Made by a program: the position numbers and the translations under genes
NCBI GenBank assembly: GCA_977017645.1
Contig: OZ360241.1
Location: 34,410,001 to 34,474,000 of the forward strand
Length of the DNA: 64,000 nucleotides
Direction: 5' to 3'
Source: Torpedo marmorata
Taxonomy: Eukaryota
Part shown: positions 15,001 through 30,000 of the stretch, piece by piece
How the letters are laid out: each line of letters starts with the position of its first letter
How positions within the stretch are numbered: the stretch's first letter is position 1
The notes under the pieces: generated by a model
Database searches by the model: none
Seen by the model: only the letters and a program-made list of their open reading frames with translations
Told to the model about the DNA's origin: nothing

Positions 15001-18000
15001 TACAGAGGCGACCACTGTTGCAACCACGACAATAGCACTTTCCACAACTGCAGCAGAAACCTCAAATGTAGGCAGTACAAGTGCTTTGACATCTGAAATT
15101 ACATCTGCTCCAACAATGACGACAACTGCAACCACTGGTGAGTATTCTTGAAAGTGGAAAAATAAATATATTCAATTCATTTCATATCCAATAAATCTGA
15201 AATAATTAAAATGCTATCAACCAACAAACAATTAGCGGATTCTGCAACAAAAATTGCACTGCAATTCGCAGCAGGAATTGGCCAGTATTCAGTGTTCAGT
15301 AGGACACAGTGCATCATTAAAAAAGTAGCTTGAAGTTATCATGGCTTTCTGACACGAATTTGGAGAGAGAGATCAATGCGATTTCTGTATAAACACTCAC
15401 TATCTTCAAACTAATTGTAACTTGACATCTTCACACTTCCAGAAACAACTGAAGCATCAACAAGTGCAGAGGCGACCACTGTTGCAACTACGACAATAGC
15501 ACTTTCCACAACTGCAGCAGGAACCTCAACTGCAGGCAGTACAAGTGCTTTGACATCTGAAATTACATCTGCTCCAACAATGATGACAACTGCAACCACT
15601 GGTGAGTATTCTTGAAAGTGGAAAAATAAATAAATTCAATTCATTTCATATCCAATAAATCTGAAATAATTGAAATGCAATCAGCCAACAAACAATTAGC
15701 GGATTCTGCAACAAAAATTGCACTGTAATTCGCAGCAGGAATTGGCCAGTATTCAGGTGTTCAGTAGGACATAGTGCATCATTCAAAAAGTAGCTTGACG
15801 TTATCATGGCTTTCTGAAATTGGAGAGAGAGATCAATGCGATTTCTGTATAAACACTCACTATTTTCAAGCTAACTGTAACTTGACACCTTCACACTTCC
15901 AGAAACAATTGAAGCATCAACAAGTGCAGAGGCGACCACTGTTTCAACCACGACAACAGCACACACCACAACTCCAGCAGAAACCTCAACTGCAGGCAGT
16001 ACGAGTGCTTCAACACCTGAAACTACATCTGCTCCAACAACAAAGGCAAGCACTGGTGAGTATTTTTGAAAGAGGAAAAGATATAAAATCAGTTCATTTC
16101 ATGTCCAATAAATCTGAAATAATCCAACAAACAATTTGCTGATTTTCCTGCCAAACACGCACCAGAATTAACAGAAAGAATAAAGTTCCAGGAAACATTG
16201 TTCAGAAATTTACTCAGCATCATTCAAAATGTATTTTAATGACACAATCGTTTGTGCAAAAGCACTCACTATCTTTAAACTTCCTGCAACTTGACACTTT
16301 CACGCTTCCAGAAACAACTGAAACATCAATAAGTACAGAGGCGACGAATGTGGAAACCACGACAACTGCAGTGACCACAAATGCAGCAGAAACCTCAACT
16401 GTCGGCAGTTCGAGTGCTTCAACATCTGAAACTCCATCTGCTCCAACAATGACAACAACTGCAAACACAGGTGAGTGTACTTGAAATAGGAATAAGTTAG
16501 AAATACAATTCATTTTATGTCAAATAAAGCTGAAATAATTCAGATGCGATCTCGCAATGAACGTTGTGCTGATCTTTCAACCAAATTCGCACCAGAGTTG
16601 ACAGATATATTAATTTTCCCACACCTCTGTTCCTAAGGTTACTCAGCATCATTCAAAATGTATTTTCATGAAATAATCGTCTTCTAAGATGAAATTGCAA
16701 TAATCAATCAATGCATTTTCTGAAACAATACTCACTATCTTCAAACTTACTGTCACCTGACACTTTCACACTTGCAGAAACAACTGAAGCATCAAGTACC
16801 AAGGCAACTCCTGTTGCAAATACAACAATAGCACTTTCCACAACTGCAGCAGAAACCTCAACTGCAGGCAGTACAATTGCTTTGACATCTGAAATTACAT
16901 CTGCTCCAACAATGATGACAACTGCAACCACTGGTGAGTATTCTTGAAAGTGGGAAAATAAATAAATTCAATTCATTTCATATCCAATAAATCTGAAATA
17001 ACTAAAATGCAATCAACCAACAAACAATTAGCTGATTCTGCAACAAAAATTGCACAACAATTCACAGCAGGAATACACTAGTAATCAGTTGGACACTGTG
17101 CATCATTCAAAAAGGGGCTTGTAGATATCATGGTCTTATGATACAAAATTAGATTGATCAATGCGATTAATGCATAAACATTCATTATCTTCAACCTAAA
17201 CCTAACCGGACACCTTCACACTTCCAGAAACAATTGAAGCATCAAAAAGTGTAGAGGCGACCGCTGTTTCAACCACGACAACAGCACACACCACAACTGC
17301 AGCAGAAACCTCAACTGCAGGCAGTACGAGTGCTTCAACATCTGAAACTACATCTGCTCCAACAATGACAACAACTGCAAACACTGGTGAGTGTACTTGA
17401 AAGAGGAACAAGTTAGAAATACAATTCATTTTATGTCAAATAAAGGTGAAATAATTCAGATGCGATCTCGCAATGAACGTTGTGCTGATCTTTCAACCAA
17501 ATTCGCACCAGAGTTGACAGAAATATTAATTTTCCCACACCTCTGTTCCTAAGGTTACTCAGCATCATTCAAAATGTATTTTCATGAAATAATCGTCTTC
17601 TAAGATGAAATTGCAATAATAATCAATGCATTTTCTGAAACAATACTCACTATCTTCAAATTTACTGTCACCTGACACTTTCACACTTGCAGAAACAACT
17701 AAAGCATCAAGTACAGAGGCGACCACTGTTGCAACCACGACAATAGCACTTTCCACAACTGCAGCAGAAACCTCAAATGTAGGCAGTACAAGTGCTTTGA
17801 CATCTGAAATTACATCTGCTCCAACAATGACGACAACTGCAACCACTGGTGAGTATTCTTGAAAGTGGAAAAATAAATATATTCAATTCATTTCATATCC
17901 AATAAATCTGAAATAATTAAAATGCTATCAACCAACAAACAATTAGCGGATTCTGCAACAAAAATTGCACTGCAATTCGCAGCAGGAATTGGCCAGTATT

Positions 18001-21000
18001 CAGTGTTCAGTAGGACACAGTGCATCATTAAAAAAGTAGCTTGAAGTTATCATGGCTTTCTGACACGAATTTGGAGAGAGAGATCAATGCGATTTCTGTA
18101 TAAACACTCACTATCTTCAAACTAACTGTAACTTGACATCTTCACACTTCCAGAAACAACTGAAGCATCAACAAGTGCAGAGGCGACCACTGTTGCAACT
18201 ACGACAATAGCACTTTCCACAACTGCAGCAGGAACCTCAACTGCAGGCAGTACAAGTGCTTTGACATCTGAAATTACATCTGCTCCAACAATGATGACAA
18301 CTGCAACCACTGGTGAGAATTGTTGAAAGTGGAAAAATAAATAAATTCAATTCATTTCATATCCAATAAATCTGAAATAATTGAAATGCAATCAGCCAAC
18401 AAACAATTAGCGGATTCTGCAACAAAAATTGCACTGTAATTCGCAGCAGGAATTGGCCAGTATTCAGGTGTTCAGTAGGACATAGTGCATCATTCAAAAA
18501 GTAGCTTGATGTTATCATGGCTTTCTGAAATTGGAGAGAGAGATCAATGCGATTTCTGTATAAACACTCACTATTTTCAAGCTAACTGTAACTTGACACC
18601 TTCACACTTCCAGAAACAATTGAAGCATCAACAAGTGCAGAGGCGACCACTGTTTCAACCACGACAACAGCACACACCACAACTCCAGCAGAAACCTCAA
18701 CTGCAGGCAGTACGAGTGCTTCAACACCTGAAACTACATCTGCTCCAACAACAAAGGCAAGCACTGGTGAGTATTTTTGAAAGAGGAAAAGATATAAAAT
18801 CAGTTCATTTCATGTCCAATAAATCTGAAATAATCCAACAAACAATTTGCTGATTTTCCTGCCAAACACGCACCAGAATTAACAGAAAGAATAAAGTTCC
18901 AGGAAACATTGTTCAGAAATTTACTCAGCATCATTCAAAATGTATTTTAATGACACAATCGTTTGTGCAAAAGCACTCACTATCTTTAAACTTCCTGCAA
19001 CTTGACACTTTCACGCTTCCAGAAACAACTGAAACATCAATAAGTACAGAGGCGACGAATGTGGAAACCACGACAACTGCAGTGACCACAAATGCAGCAG
19101 AAACCTCAACTGTCGGCAGTTCGAGTGCTTCAACATCTGAAACTCCATCTGCTCCAACAATGACAACAACTGCAAACACAGGTGAGTGTACTTGAAATAG
19201 GAATAAGTTAGAAATACAATTCATTTTATGTCAAATAAAGCTGAAATAATTCAGATGCGATCTCGCAATGAACGTTGTGCTGATCTTTCAACCAAATTCG
19301 CACCAGAGTTGACAGATATATTAATTTTCCCACACCTCTGTTCCTAAGGTTACTCAGCATCATTCAAAATGTATTTTCATGAAATAATCGTCTTCTAAGA
19401 TGAAATTGCAATAATCAATCAATGCATTTTCTGAAACAATACTCACTATCTTCAAACTTACTGTCACCTGACACTTTCACACTTGCAGAAACAACTGAAG
19501 CATCAAGTACCAAGGCAACTCCTGTTGCAAATACAACAATAGCACTTTCCACAACTGCAGCAGAAACCTCAACTGCAGGCAGTACAATTGCTTTGACATC
19601 TGAAATTACATCTGCTCCAACAATGATGACAACTGCAACCACTGGTGAGTATTCTTGAAAGTGGGAAAATAAATAAATTCAATTCATTTCATATCCAATA
19701 AATCTGAAATAACTAAAATGCAATCAACCAACAAACAATTAGCTGATTCTGCAACAAAAATTGCACAACAATTCACAGCAGGAATACACTAGTAATCAGT
19801 TGGACACTGTGCATCATTCAAAAAGGGGCTTGTAGATATCATGGTCTTATGATACAAAATTAGATTGATCAATGCGATTAATGCATAAACATTCATTATC
19901 TTCAACCTAAACCTAACCGGACACCTTCACACTTCCAGAAACAATTGAAGCATCAAAAAGTGTAGAGGCGACCGCTGTTTCAACCACGACAACAGCACAC
20001 ACCACAACTGCAGCAGAAACCTCAACTGCAGGCAGTATGAGTGCTTCAACATCTGAAACTACATCTGCTCCAACAATGACAACAACTGCAAACACTGGTG
20101 AGTGTACTTGAAAGAGGAACAAGTTAGAAATACAATTCATTTTATGTCAAATAAAGGTGAAATAATTCAGATGCGATCTCGCAATGAACGTTGTGCTGAT
20201 CTTTCAACCAAATTCGCACCAGAGTTGACAGAAATATTAATTTTCCCACACCTCTGTTCCTAAGGTTACTCAGCATCATTCAAAATGTATTTTCATGAAA
20301 TAATCGTCTTCTAAGATGAAATTGCAATAATAATCAATGCATTTTCTGAAACAATACTCACTATCTTCAAATTTACTGTCACCTGACACTTTCACACTTG
20401 CAGAAACAACTAAAGCATCAAGTACAGAGGCGACCACTGTTGCAACCACGACAATAGCACTTTCCACAACTGCAGCAGAAACCTCAAATGTAGGCAGTAC
20501 AAGTGCTTTGACATCTGAAATTACATCTGCTCCAACAATGACGACAACTGCAACCACTGGTGAGTATTCTTGAAAGTGGAAAAATAAATATATTCAATTC
20601 ATTTCATATCCAATAAATCTGAAATAATTAAAATGCTATCAACCAACAAACAATTAGCGGATTCTGCAACAAAAATTGCACTGCAATTCGCAGCAGGAAT
20701 TGGCCAGTATTCAGTGTTCAGTAGGACACAGTGCATCATTAAAAAAGTAGCTTGAAGTTATCATGGCTTTCTGACACGAATTTGGAGAGAGAGATCAATG
20801 CGATTTCTGTATAAACACTCACTATCTTCAAACTAACTGTAACTTGACATCTTCACACTTCCAGAAACAACTGAAGCATCAACAAGTGCAGAGGCGACCA
20901 CTGTTGCAACTACGACAATAGCACTTTCCACAACTGCAGCAGGAACCTCAACTGCAGGCAGTACAAGTGCTTTGACATCTGAAATTACATCTGCTCCAAC

Positions 21001-24000
21001 AATGATGACAACTGCAACCACTGGTGAGAATTGTTGAAAGTGGAAAAATAAATAAATTCAATTCATTTCATATCCAATAAATCTGAAATAATTGAAATGC
21101 AATCAGCCAACAAACAATTAGCTGATTCTGCAACAAAAATTGCACTGTAATTCGCAGCAGGAATTGGCCAGTATTCAGGTGTTCAGTAGGACATAGTGCA
21201 TCATTCAAAAAGTAGCTTGACGTTATCATGGCTTTCTGAAATTGGAGAGAGAGATCAATGCGATTTCTGTATAAACACTCACTATTTTCAAGCTAACTGT
21301 AACTTGACACCTTCACACTTCCAGAAACAATTGAAGCATCAACAAGTGCAGAGGCGACCACTGTTTCAACCACGACAACAGCACACACCACAACTCCAGC
21401 AGAAACCTCAACTGCAGGCAGTACGAGTGCTTCAACACCTGAAACTACATCTGCGCCAACAACAAAGGCAAGCACTGGTGAGTATTTTTGAAAGAGGAAA
21501 AGATATAAAATCAGTTCATTTCATGTCCAATAAATCTGAAATAATCCAACAAACAATTTGCTGATTTTCCTGCCAAACACGCACCAGAATTAACAGAAAG
21601 AATAAAGTTCCAGGAAACATTGTTCAGAAATTTACTCAGCATCATTCAAAATGTATTTTAATGACACAATCGTTTGTGCAAAAGCACTCACTATCTTTAA
21701 ACTTCCTGCAACTTGACACTTTCACGCTTCCAGAAACAACTGAAACATCAATAAGTACAGAGGCGACGAATGTGGAAACCACGACAACTGCAGTGACCAC
21801 AAATGCAGCAGAAACCTCAACTGTCGGCAGTTCGAGTGCTTCAACATCTGAAACTCCATCTGCTCCAACAATGACAACAACTGCAAACACAGGTGAGTGT
21901 ACTTGAAATAGGAATAAGTTAGAAATACAATTCATTTTATGTCAAATAAAGCTGAAATAATTCAGATGCGATCTCGCAATGAACGTTGTGCTGATCTTTC
22001 AACCAAATTCGCACCAGAGTTGACAGATATATTAATTTTCCCACACCTCTGTTCCTAAGGTTACTCAGCATCATTCAAAATGTATTTTCATGAAATAATC
22101 GTCTTCTAAGATGAAATTGCAATAATCAATCAATGCATTTTCTGAAACAATACTCACTATCTTCAAACTTACTGTCACCTGACACTTTCACACTTGCAGA
22201 AACAACTGAAGCATCAAGTACCAAGGCAACTCCTGTTGCAAATACAACAATAGCACTTTCCACAACTGCAGCAGAAACCTCAACTGCAGGCAGTACAATT
22301 GCTTTGACATCTGAAATTACATCTGCTCCAACAATGACGACAACTGCAACCACTGGTGAGTATTCTTGAAAGTGGGAAAATAAATAAATTCAATTCATTT
22401 CATATCCAATAAATCTGAAATAACTAAAATGCAATCAACCAACAAACAATTAGCTGATTCTGCAACAAAAATTGCACAATAATTCACAGCAGGAATACAC
22501 TAGTAATCAGTTGGACACTGTGCATCATTCAAAAAGGGGCTTGTAGATATCATGGTCTTATGATACAAAATTAGATTGATCAATGCGATTAATGCATAAA
22601 CATTCATTATCTTCAACCTAAACCTAACCGGACACCTTCACACTTCCAGAAACAATTGAAGCATCAAAAAGTGTAGAGGCGACCGCCGTTTCAACCACGA
22701 CAACAGAACACACCACAACTGCAGCAGAAACCTCAACTGCAGGCAGTACGAGTGCTTCAACGTCTGAATCTCCATCTGCTCCAACAATGACAACAACTCC
22801 AAACACTGGTGAGTGTACTTGAAATAGGAACAAGTTAGAAATACAATTCATTTTACATCAAATAAAGCTGAAATAATTCAGATGCGATCTCGCAATGAAC
22901 GTTGTGCTAATCTTTCAACCAAATTCGCACCAGAGTTGACAGAAATATTAATTTTCCCACACCTCTGTTCCTAAGGTTACTCAGCATCATTCAAAATGTA
23001 TTTTCATGAAATAATCGTCTTCTAAGATGAAATTGCAATAATAATCAATGCATTTTCTGAAACAATACTCACTATCTTCAAATTTACTGTCACCTGACAC
23101 TTTCACACTTGCAGAAACAACTAAAGCATCAAGTACAGAGGCGACCACTGTTGCAACCACGACAATAGCACTTTCCACAACTGCAGCAGAAACCTCAAAT
23201 GTAGGCAGTACAAGTGCTTTGACATCTGAAATTACATCTGCTCCAACAATGACGACAACTGCAACCACTGGTGAGTATTCTTGAAAGTGGAAAAATAAAT
23301 ATATTCAATTCATTTCATATCCAATAAATCTGAAATAATTAAAATGCTATCAACCAACAAACAATTAGCGGATTCTGCAACAAAAATTGCACTGCAATTC
23401 GCAGCAGGAATTGGCCAGTATTCAGTGTTCAGTAGGACACAGTGCATCATTAAAAAAGTAGCTTGAAGTTATCATGGCTTTCTGACACGAATTTGGAGAG
23501 AGAGATCAATGCGATTTCTGTATAAACACTCACTATCTTCAAACTAACTGTAACTTGACATCTTCACACTTCCAGAAACAACTGAAGCATCAACAAGTGC
23601 AGAGGCGACCACTGTTGCAACTACGACAATAGCACTTTCCACAACTGCAGCAGGAACCTCAACTGCAGGCAGTACAAGTGCTTTGACATCTGAAATTACA
23701 TCTGCTCCAACAATGATGACAACTGCAACCACTGGTGAGAATTGTTGAAAGTGGAAAAATAAATAAATTCAATTCATTTCATATCCAATAAATCTGAAAT
23801 AATTGAAATGCAATCAGCCAACAAACAATTAGCGGATTCTGCAACAAAAATTGCACTGTAATTCGCAGCAGGAATTGGCCAGTATTCAGGTGTTCAGTAG
23901 GACATAGTGCATCATTCAAAAAGTAGCTTGACGTTATCATGGCTTTCTGAAATTGGAGAGAGAGATCAATGCGATTTCTGTATAAACACTCACTATTTTC

Positions 24001-27000
24001 AAGCTAACTGTAACTTGACACCTTCACACTTCCAGAAACAATTGAAGCATCAACAAGTGCAGAGGCGACCACTGTTTCAACCACGACAACAGCACACACC
24101 ACAACTCCAGCAGAAACCTCAACTGCAGGCAGTACGAGTGCTTCAACACCTGAAACTACATCTGCTCCAACAACAAAGGCAAGCACTGGTGAGTATTTTT
24201 GAAAGAGGAAAAGATATAAAATCAGTTCATTTCATGTCCAATAAATCTGAAATAATCCAACAAACAATTTGCTGATTTTCCTGCCAAACACGCACCAGAA
24301 TTAACAGAAAGAATAAAGTTCCAGGAAACATTGTTCAGAAATTTACTCAGCATCATTCAAAATGTATTTTAATGACACAATCGTTTGTGCAAAAGCACTC
24401 ACTATCTTTAAACTTCCTGCAACTTGACACTTTCACGCTTCCAGAAACAACTGAAACATCAATAAGTACAGAGGCGACGAATGTGGAAACCACGACAACT
24501 GCAGTGACCACAAATGCAGCAGAAACCTCAACTGTCGGCAGTTCGAGTGCTTCAACATCTGAAACTCCATCTGCTCCAACAATGACAACAACTGCAAACA
24601 CAGGTGAGTGTACTTGAAATAGGAATAAGTTAGAAATACAATTCATTTTATGTCAAATAAAGCTGAAATAATTCAGATGCGATCTCGCAATGAACGTTGT
24701 GCTGATCTTTCAACCAAATTCGCACCAGAGTTGACAGATATATTAATTTTCCCACACCTCTGTTCCTAAGCTTACTCAGCATCATTCAAAATGTATTTTC
24801 ATGAAATAATCGTCTTCTAAGATGAAATTGCAATAATCAATCAATGCATTTTCTGAAACAATACTCACTATCTTCAAACTTACTGTCACCTGACACTTTC
24901 ACACTTGCAGAAACAACTGAAGCATCAAGTACCAAGGCAACTCCTGTTGCAAATACAACAATAGCACTTTCCACAACTGCAGCAGAAACCTCAACTGCAG
25001 GCAGTACAATTGCTTTGACATCTGAAATTACATCTGCTCCAACAATGACGACAACTGCAACCACTGGTGAGTATTCTTGAAAGTGGGAAAATAAATAAAT
25101 TCAATTCATTTCATATCCAATAAATCTGAAATAACTAAAATGCAATCAACCAACAAACAATTAGCTGATTCTGCAACAAAAATTGCACAACAATTCACAG
25201 CAGGAATACACTAGTAATCAGTTGGACACTGTGCATCATTCAAAAAGGGGCTTGTAGATATCATGGTCTTATGATACAAAATTAGATTGATCAATGCGAT
25301 TAATGCATAAACATTCATTATCTTCAACCTAAACCTAACCGGACACCTTCACACTTCCAGAAACAATTGAAGCATCAAAAAGTGTAGAGGCGACCGCTGT
25401 TTCAACCACGACAACAGCACACACCACAACTGCAGCAGAAACCTCAACTGCAGGCAGTATGAGTGCTTCAACATCTGAAACTACATCTGCTCCAACAATG
25501 ACAACAACTGCAAACACTGGTGAGTGTACTTGAAAGAGGAACAAGTTAGAAATACAATTCATTTTATGTCAAATAAAGGTGAAATAATTCAGATGCGATC
25601 TCGCAATGAACGTTGTGCTGATCTTTCAACCAAATTCGCACCAGAGTTGACAGAAATATTAATTTTCCCACACCTCTGTTCCTAAGGTTACTCAGCATCA
25701 TTCAAAATGTATTTTCATGAAATAATCGTCTTCTAAGATGAAATTGCAATAATAATCAATGCATTTTCTGAAACAATACTCACTATCTTCAAATTTACTG
25801 TCACCTGACACTTTCACACTTGCAGAAACAACTAAAGCATCAAGTACAGAGGCGACCACTGTTGCAACCACGACAATAGCACTTTCCACAACTGCAGCAG
25901 AAACCTCAAATGTAGGCAGTACAAGTGCTTTGACATCTGAAATTACATCTGCTCCAACAATGACGACAACTGCAACCACTGGTGAGTATTCTTGAAAGTG
26001 GAAAAATAAATATATTCAATTCATTTCATATCCAATAAATCTGAAATAATTAAAATGCTATCAACCAACAAACAATTAGCGGATTCTGCAACAAAAATTG
26101 CACTGCAATTCGCAGCAGGAATTGGCCAGTATTCAGTGTTCAGTAGGACACAGTGCATCATTAAAAAAGTAGCTTGAAGTTATCATGGCTTTCTGACACG
26201 AATTTGGAGAGAGAGATCAATGCGATTTCTGTATAAACACTCACTATCTTCAAACTAACTGTAACTTGACATCTTCACACTTCCAGAAACAACTGAAGCA
26301 TCAACAAGTGCAGAGGCGACCACTGTTGCAACTACGACAATAGCACTTTCCACAACTGCAGCAGGAACCTCAACTGCAGGCAGTACAAGTGCTTTGACAT
26401 CTGAAATTACATCTGCTCCAACAATGATGACAACTGCAACCACTGGTGAGAATTGTTGAAAGTGGAAAAATAAATAAATTCAATTCATTTCATATCCAAT
26501 AAATCTGAAATAATTGAAATGCAATCAGCCAACAAACAATTAGCGGATTCTGCAACAAAAATTGCACTGTAATTCGCAGCAGGAATTGGCCAGTATTCAG
26601 GTGTTCAGTAGGACATAGTGCATCATTCAAAAAGTAGCTTGACGTTATCATGGCTTTCTGAAATTGGAGAGAGAGATCAATGCGATTTCTGTATAAACAC
26701 TCACTATTTTCAAGCTAACTGTAACTTGACACCTTCACACTTCCAGAAACAATTGAAGCATCAACAAGTGCAGAGGCGACCACTGTTTCAACCACGACAA
26801 CAGCACACACCACAACTCCAGCAGAAACCTCAACTGCAGGCAGTACGAGTGCTTCAACACCTGAAACTACATCTGCTCCAACAACAAAGGCAAGCACTGG
26901 TGAGTATTTTTGAAAGAGGAAAAGATATAAAATCAGTTCATTTCATGTCCAATAAATCTGAAATAATCCAACAAACAATTTGCTGATTTTCCTGCCAAAC

Positions 27001-30000
27001 ACGCACCAGAATTAACAGAAAGAATAAAGTTCCAGGAAACATTGTTCAGAAATTTACTCAGCATCATTCAAAATGTATTTTAATGACACAATCGTTTGTG
27101 CAAAAGCACTCATTATCTTTAAACTTCCTGCAACTTGACACTTTCACGCTTCCAGAAACAACTGAAACATCAATAAGTACAGAGGCGACGAATGTGGAAA
27201 CCACGACAACTGCAGTGACCACAAATGCAGCAGAAACCTCAACTGTCGGCAGTTCGAGTGCTTCAACATCTGAAACTCCATCTGCTCCAACAATGACAAC
27301 AACTGCAAACACAGGTGAGTGTACTTGAAATAGGAATAAGTTAGAAATACAATTCATTTTATGTCAAATAAAGCTGAAATAATTCAGATGCGATCTCGCA
27401 ATGAACGTTGTGCTGATCTTTCAACCAAATTCGCACCAGAGTTGACAGATATATTAATTTTCCCACACCTCTGTTCCTAAGCTTACTCAGCATCATTCAA
27501 AATGTATTTTCATGAAATAATCGTCTTCTAAGATGAAATTGCAATAATCAATCAATGCATTTTCTGAAACAATACTCACTATCTTCAAACTTACTGTCAC
27601 CTGACACTTTCACACTTGCAGAAACAACTGAAGCATCAAGTACCAAGGCAACTCCTGTTGCAAATACAACAATAGCACTTTCCACAACTGCAGCAGAAAC
27701 CTCAACTGCAGGCAGTACAATTGCTTTGACATCTGAAATTACATCTGCTCCAACAATGACGACAACTGCAACCACTGGTGAGTATTCTTGAAAGTGGGAA
27801 AATAAATAAATTCAATTCATTTCATATCCAATAAATCTGAAATAACTAAAATGCAATCAACCAACAAACAATTAGCTGATTCTGCAACAAAAATTGCACA
27901 ACAATTCACAGCAGGAATACACTAGTAATCAGTTGGACACTGTGCATCATTCAAAAAGGGGCTTGTAGATATCATGGTCTTATGATACAAAATTAGATTG
28001 ATCAATGCGATTAATGCATAAACATTCATTATCTTCAACCTAAACCTAACCGGACACCTTCACACTTCCAGAAACAATTGAAGCATCAAAAAGTGTAGAG
28101 GCGACCGCTGTTTCAACCACGACAACAGCACACACCACAACTGCAGCAGAAACCTCAACTGCAGGCAGTATGAGTGCTTCAACATCTGAATCTCCATCTG
28201 CTCCAATAATGACAACAACTCCAAACACTGGTGAGTGTACTTGAAATAGGAACAAGTTAGAAATACAATTCATTTTACATCAAATAAAGCTGAAATAATT
28301 CAGATGCGATCTCGCAATGAACGTTGTGCTGATCTTTCAACCAAATTCGCACCAGAGTTGACAGAACGATTTATCTTCGCTCACCTCTGTTCATAAGGTT
28401 ACTCAGCATCATTCAAAATGTATTTTCATGAAATAATCGTCTTCTAAGATGAAATTGCAATAATCAATCAATGCATTTTCTGAAACAATACTCACTATCT
28501 TCAAATTTACTGTCACCTGACACTTTCACACTTGCAGAAACAACTAAAGCATCAAGTACAGAGGCGACCACTGTTGCAACCACGACAATAGCACTTTCCA
28601 CAACTGCAGCAGAAACCTCAAATGTAGGCAGTACAAGTGCTTTGACATCTGAAATTACATCTGCTCCAACAATGACGACAACTGCAACCACTGGTGAGTA
28701 TTCTTGAAAGTGGAAAAATAAATATATTCAATTCATTTCATATCCAATAAATCTGAAATAATTAAAATGCTATCAACCAACAACCAATTAGCGGATTCTG
28801 CAACAAAAATAGCACTGCAATTCGCAGCAGGAATTGGCCAGTATTCAGTGTTCAGTAGGACACAGTGCATCATTAAAAAAGTAGCTTGAAGTTATCATGG
28901 CTTTCTGACATGAATTTGGAGAGAGAGATCAATGCGATTTCTGTATAAACACTCACTATCTTCAAACTAACTGTAACTTGACACCTTCACACTTCCAGAA
29001 ACAACGGAAGCATCAACAAGTGCAGAGGCGACCACTGTTGCAACTACGACAATAGCACTTTCCACAACTGCAGCAGGAACCTCAACTGCAGGCAGTACAA
29101 GTGCTTTGACATCTGAAATTACATCTGCTCCAACAATGATGACAACTGCAACCACTGGTGAGAATTGTTGAAAGTGGTAAAATAAATAAATTCAATTCAT
29201 TTCATATCCAATAAATCTGAAATAATTGAAATGCAATCAGCCAACAAACAATTAGCGGATTCTGCAACAAAAATAGCACTGCAATTCGCAGCAGGAATTG
29301 GCCAGTATTCAGGTGTTAAGTAGGACATAGTGCATCATTCAAAAAGTAGCTTGACGTTATCATGGCTTTCTGAAATTGGAGTGAGAGATCAATGCGATTT
29401 CTGTATAAACACTCACTATCTTCAAGCTAACTGTAACTTGACACCTTCACACTTCCAGAAACAACTGAAGCATCAACAAGTGTAGAGGCGACCGCTGCTT
29501 CAACCACGACAACAGCACACACCACAACTGCAGCAGAAACCTCAACTGCAGGCAGTATGAGTGCTTCAACATCTGAAACTACATCTGCTCCAACAACAAA
29601 GGCAAGCACTGGTGAGTATTTTTGAAAGAGGAAAAGATATAAAATCAGTTCATTTCATGTCCAATAAATCTGAAATAATCCAACAAACAATTTGCTGATT
29701 TTCCTGCCAAACACGCACCAGAATTAACAGAAAGAATAAAGTTCCAGGAAACATTGTTCAGAAATTTACTCAGCATCATTCAAAATGTATTTTAATGACA
29801 CAATCGTTTGTGCAAAAGCACTCACTATCTTTAAACTTCCTGCAACTTGACACTTTCACGCTTCCAGAAACAACTGAAACATCAATAAGTACAGAGGCGA
29901 CGAATGTGGAAACCACGACAACTGCAGTGACCACAAATGCAGCAGAAACCTCAACTGTCGGCAGTTCGAGTGCTTCAACATCTGAAACTCCATCTGCTCC

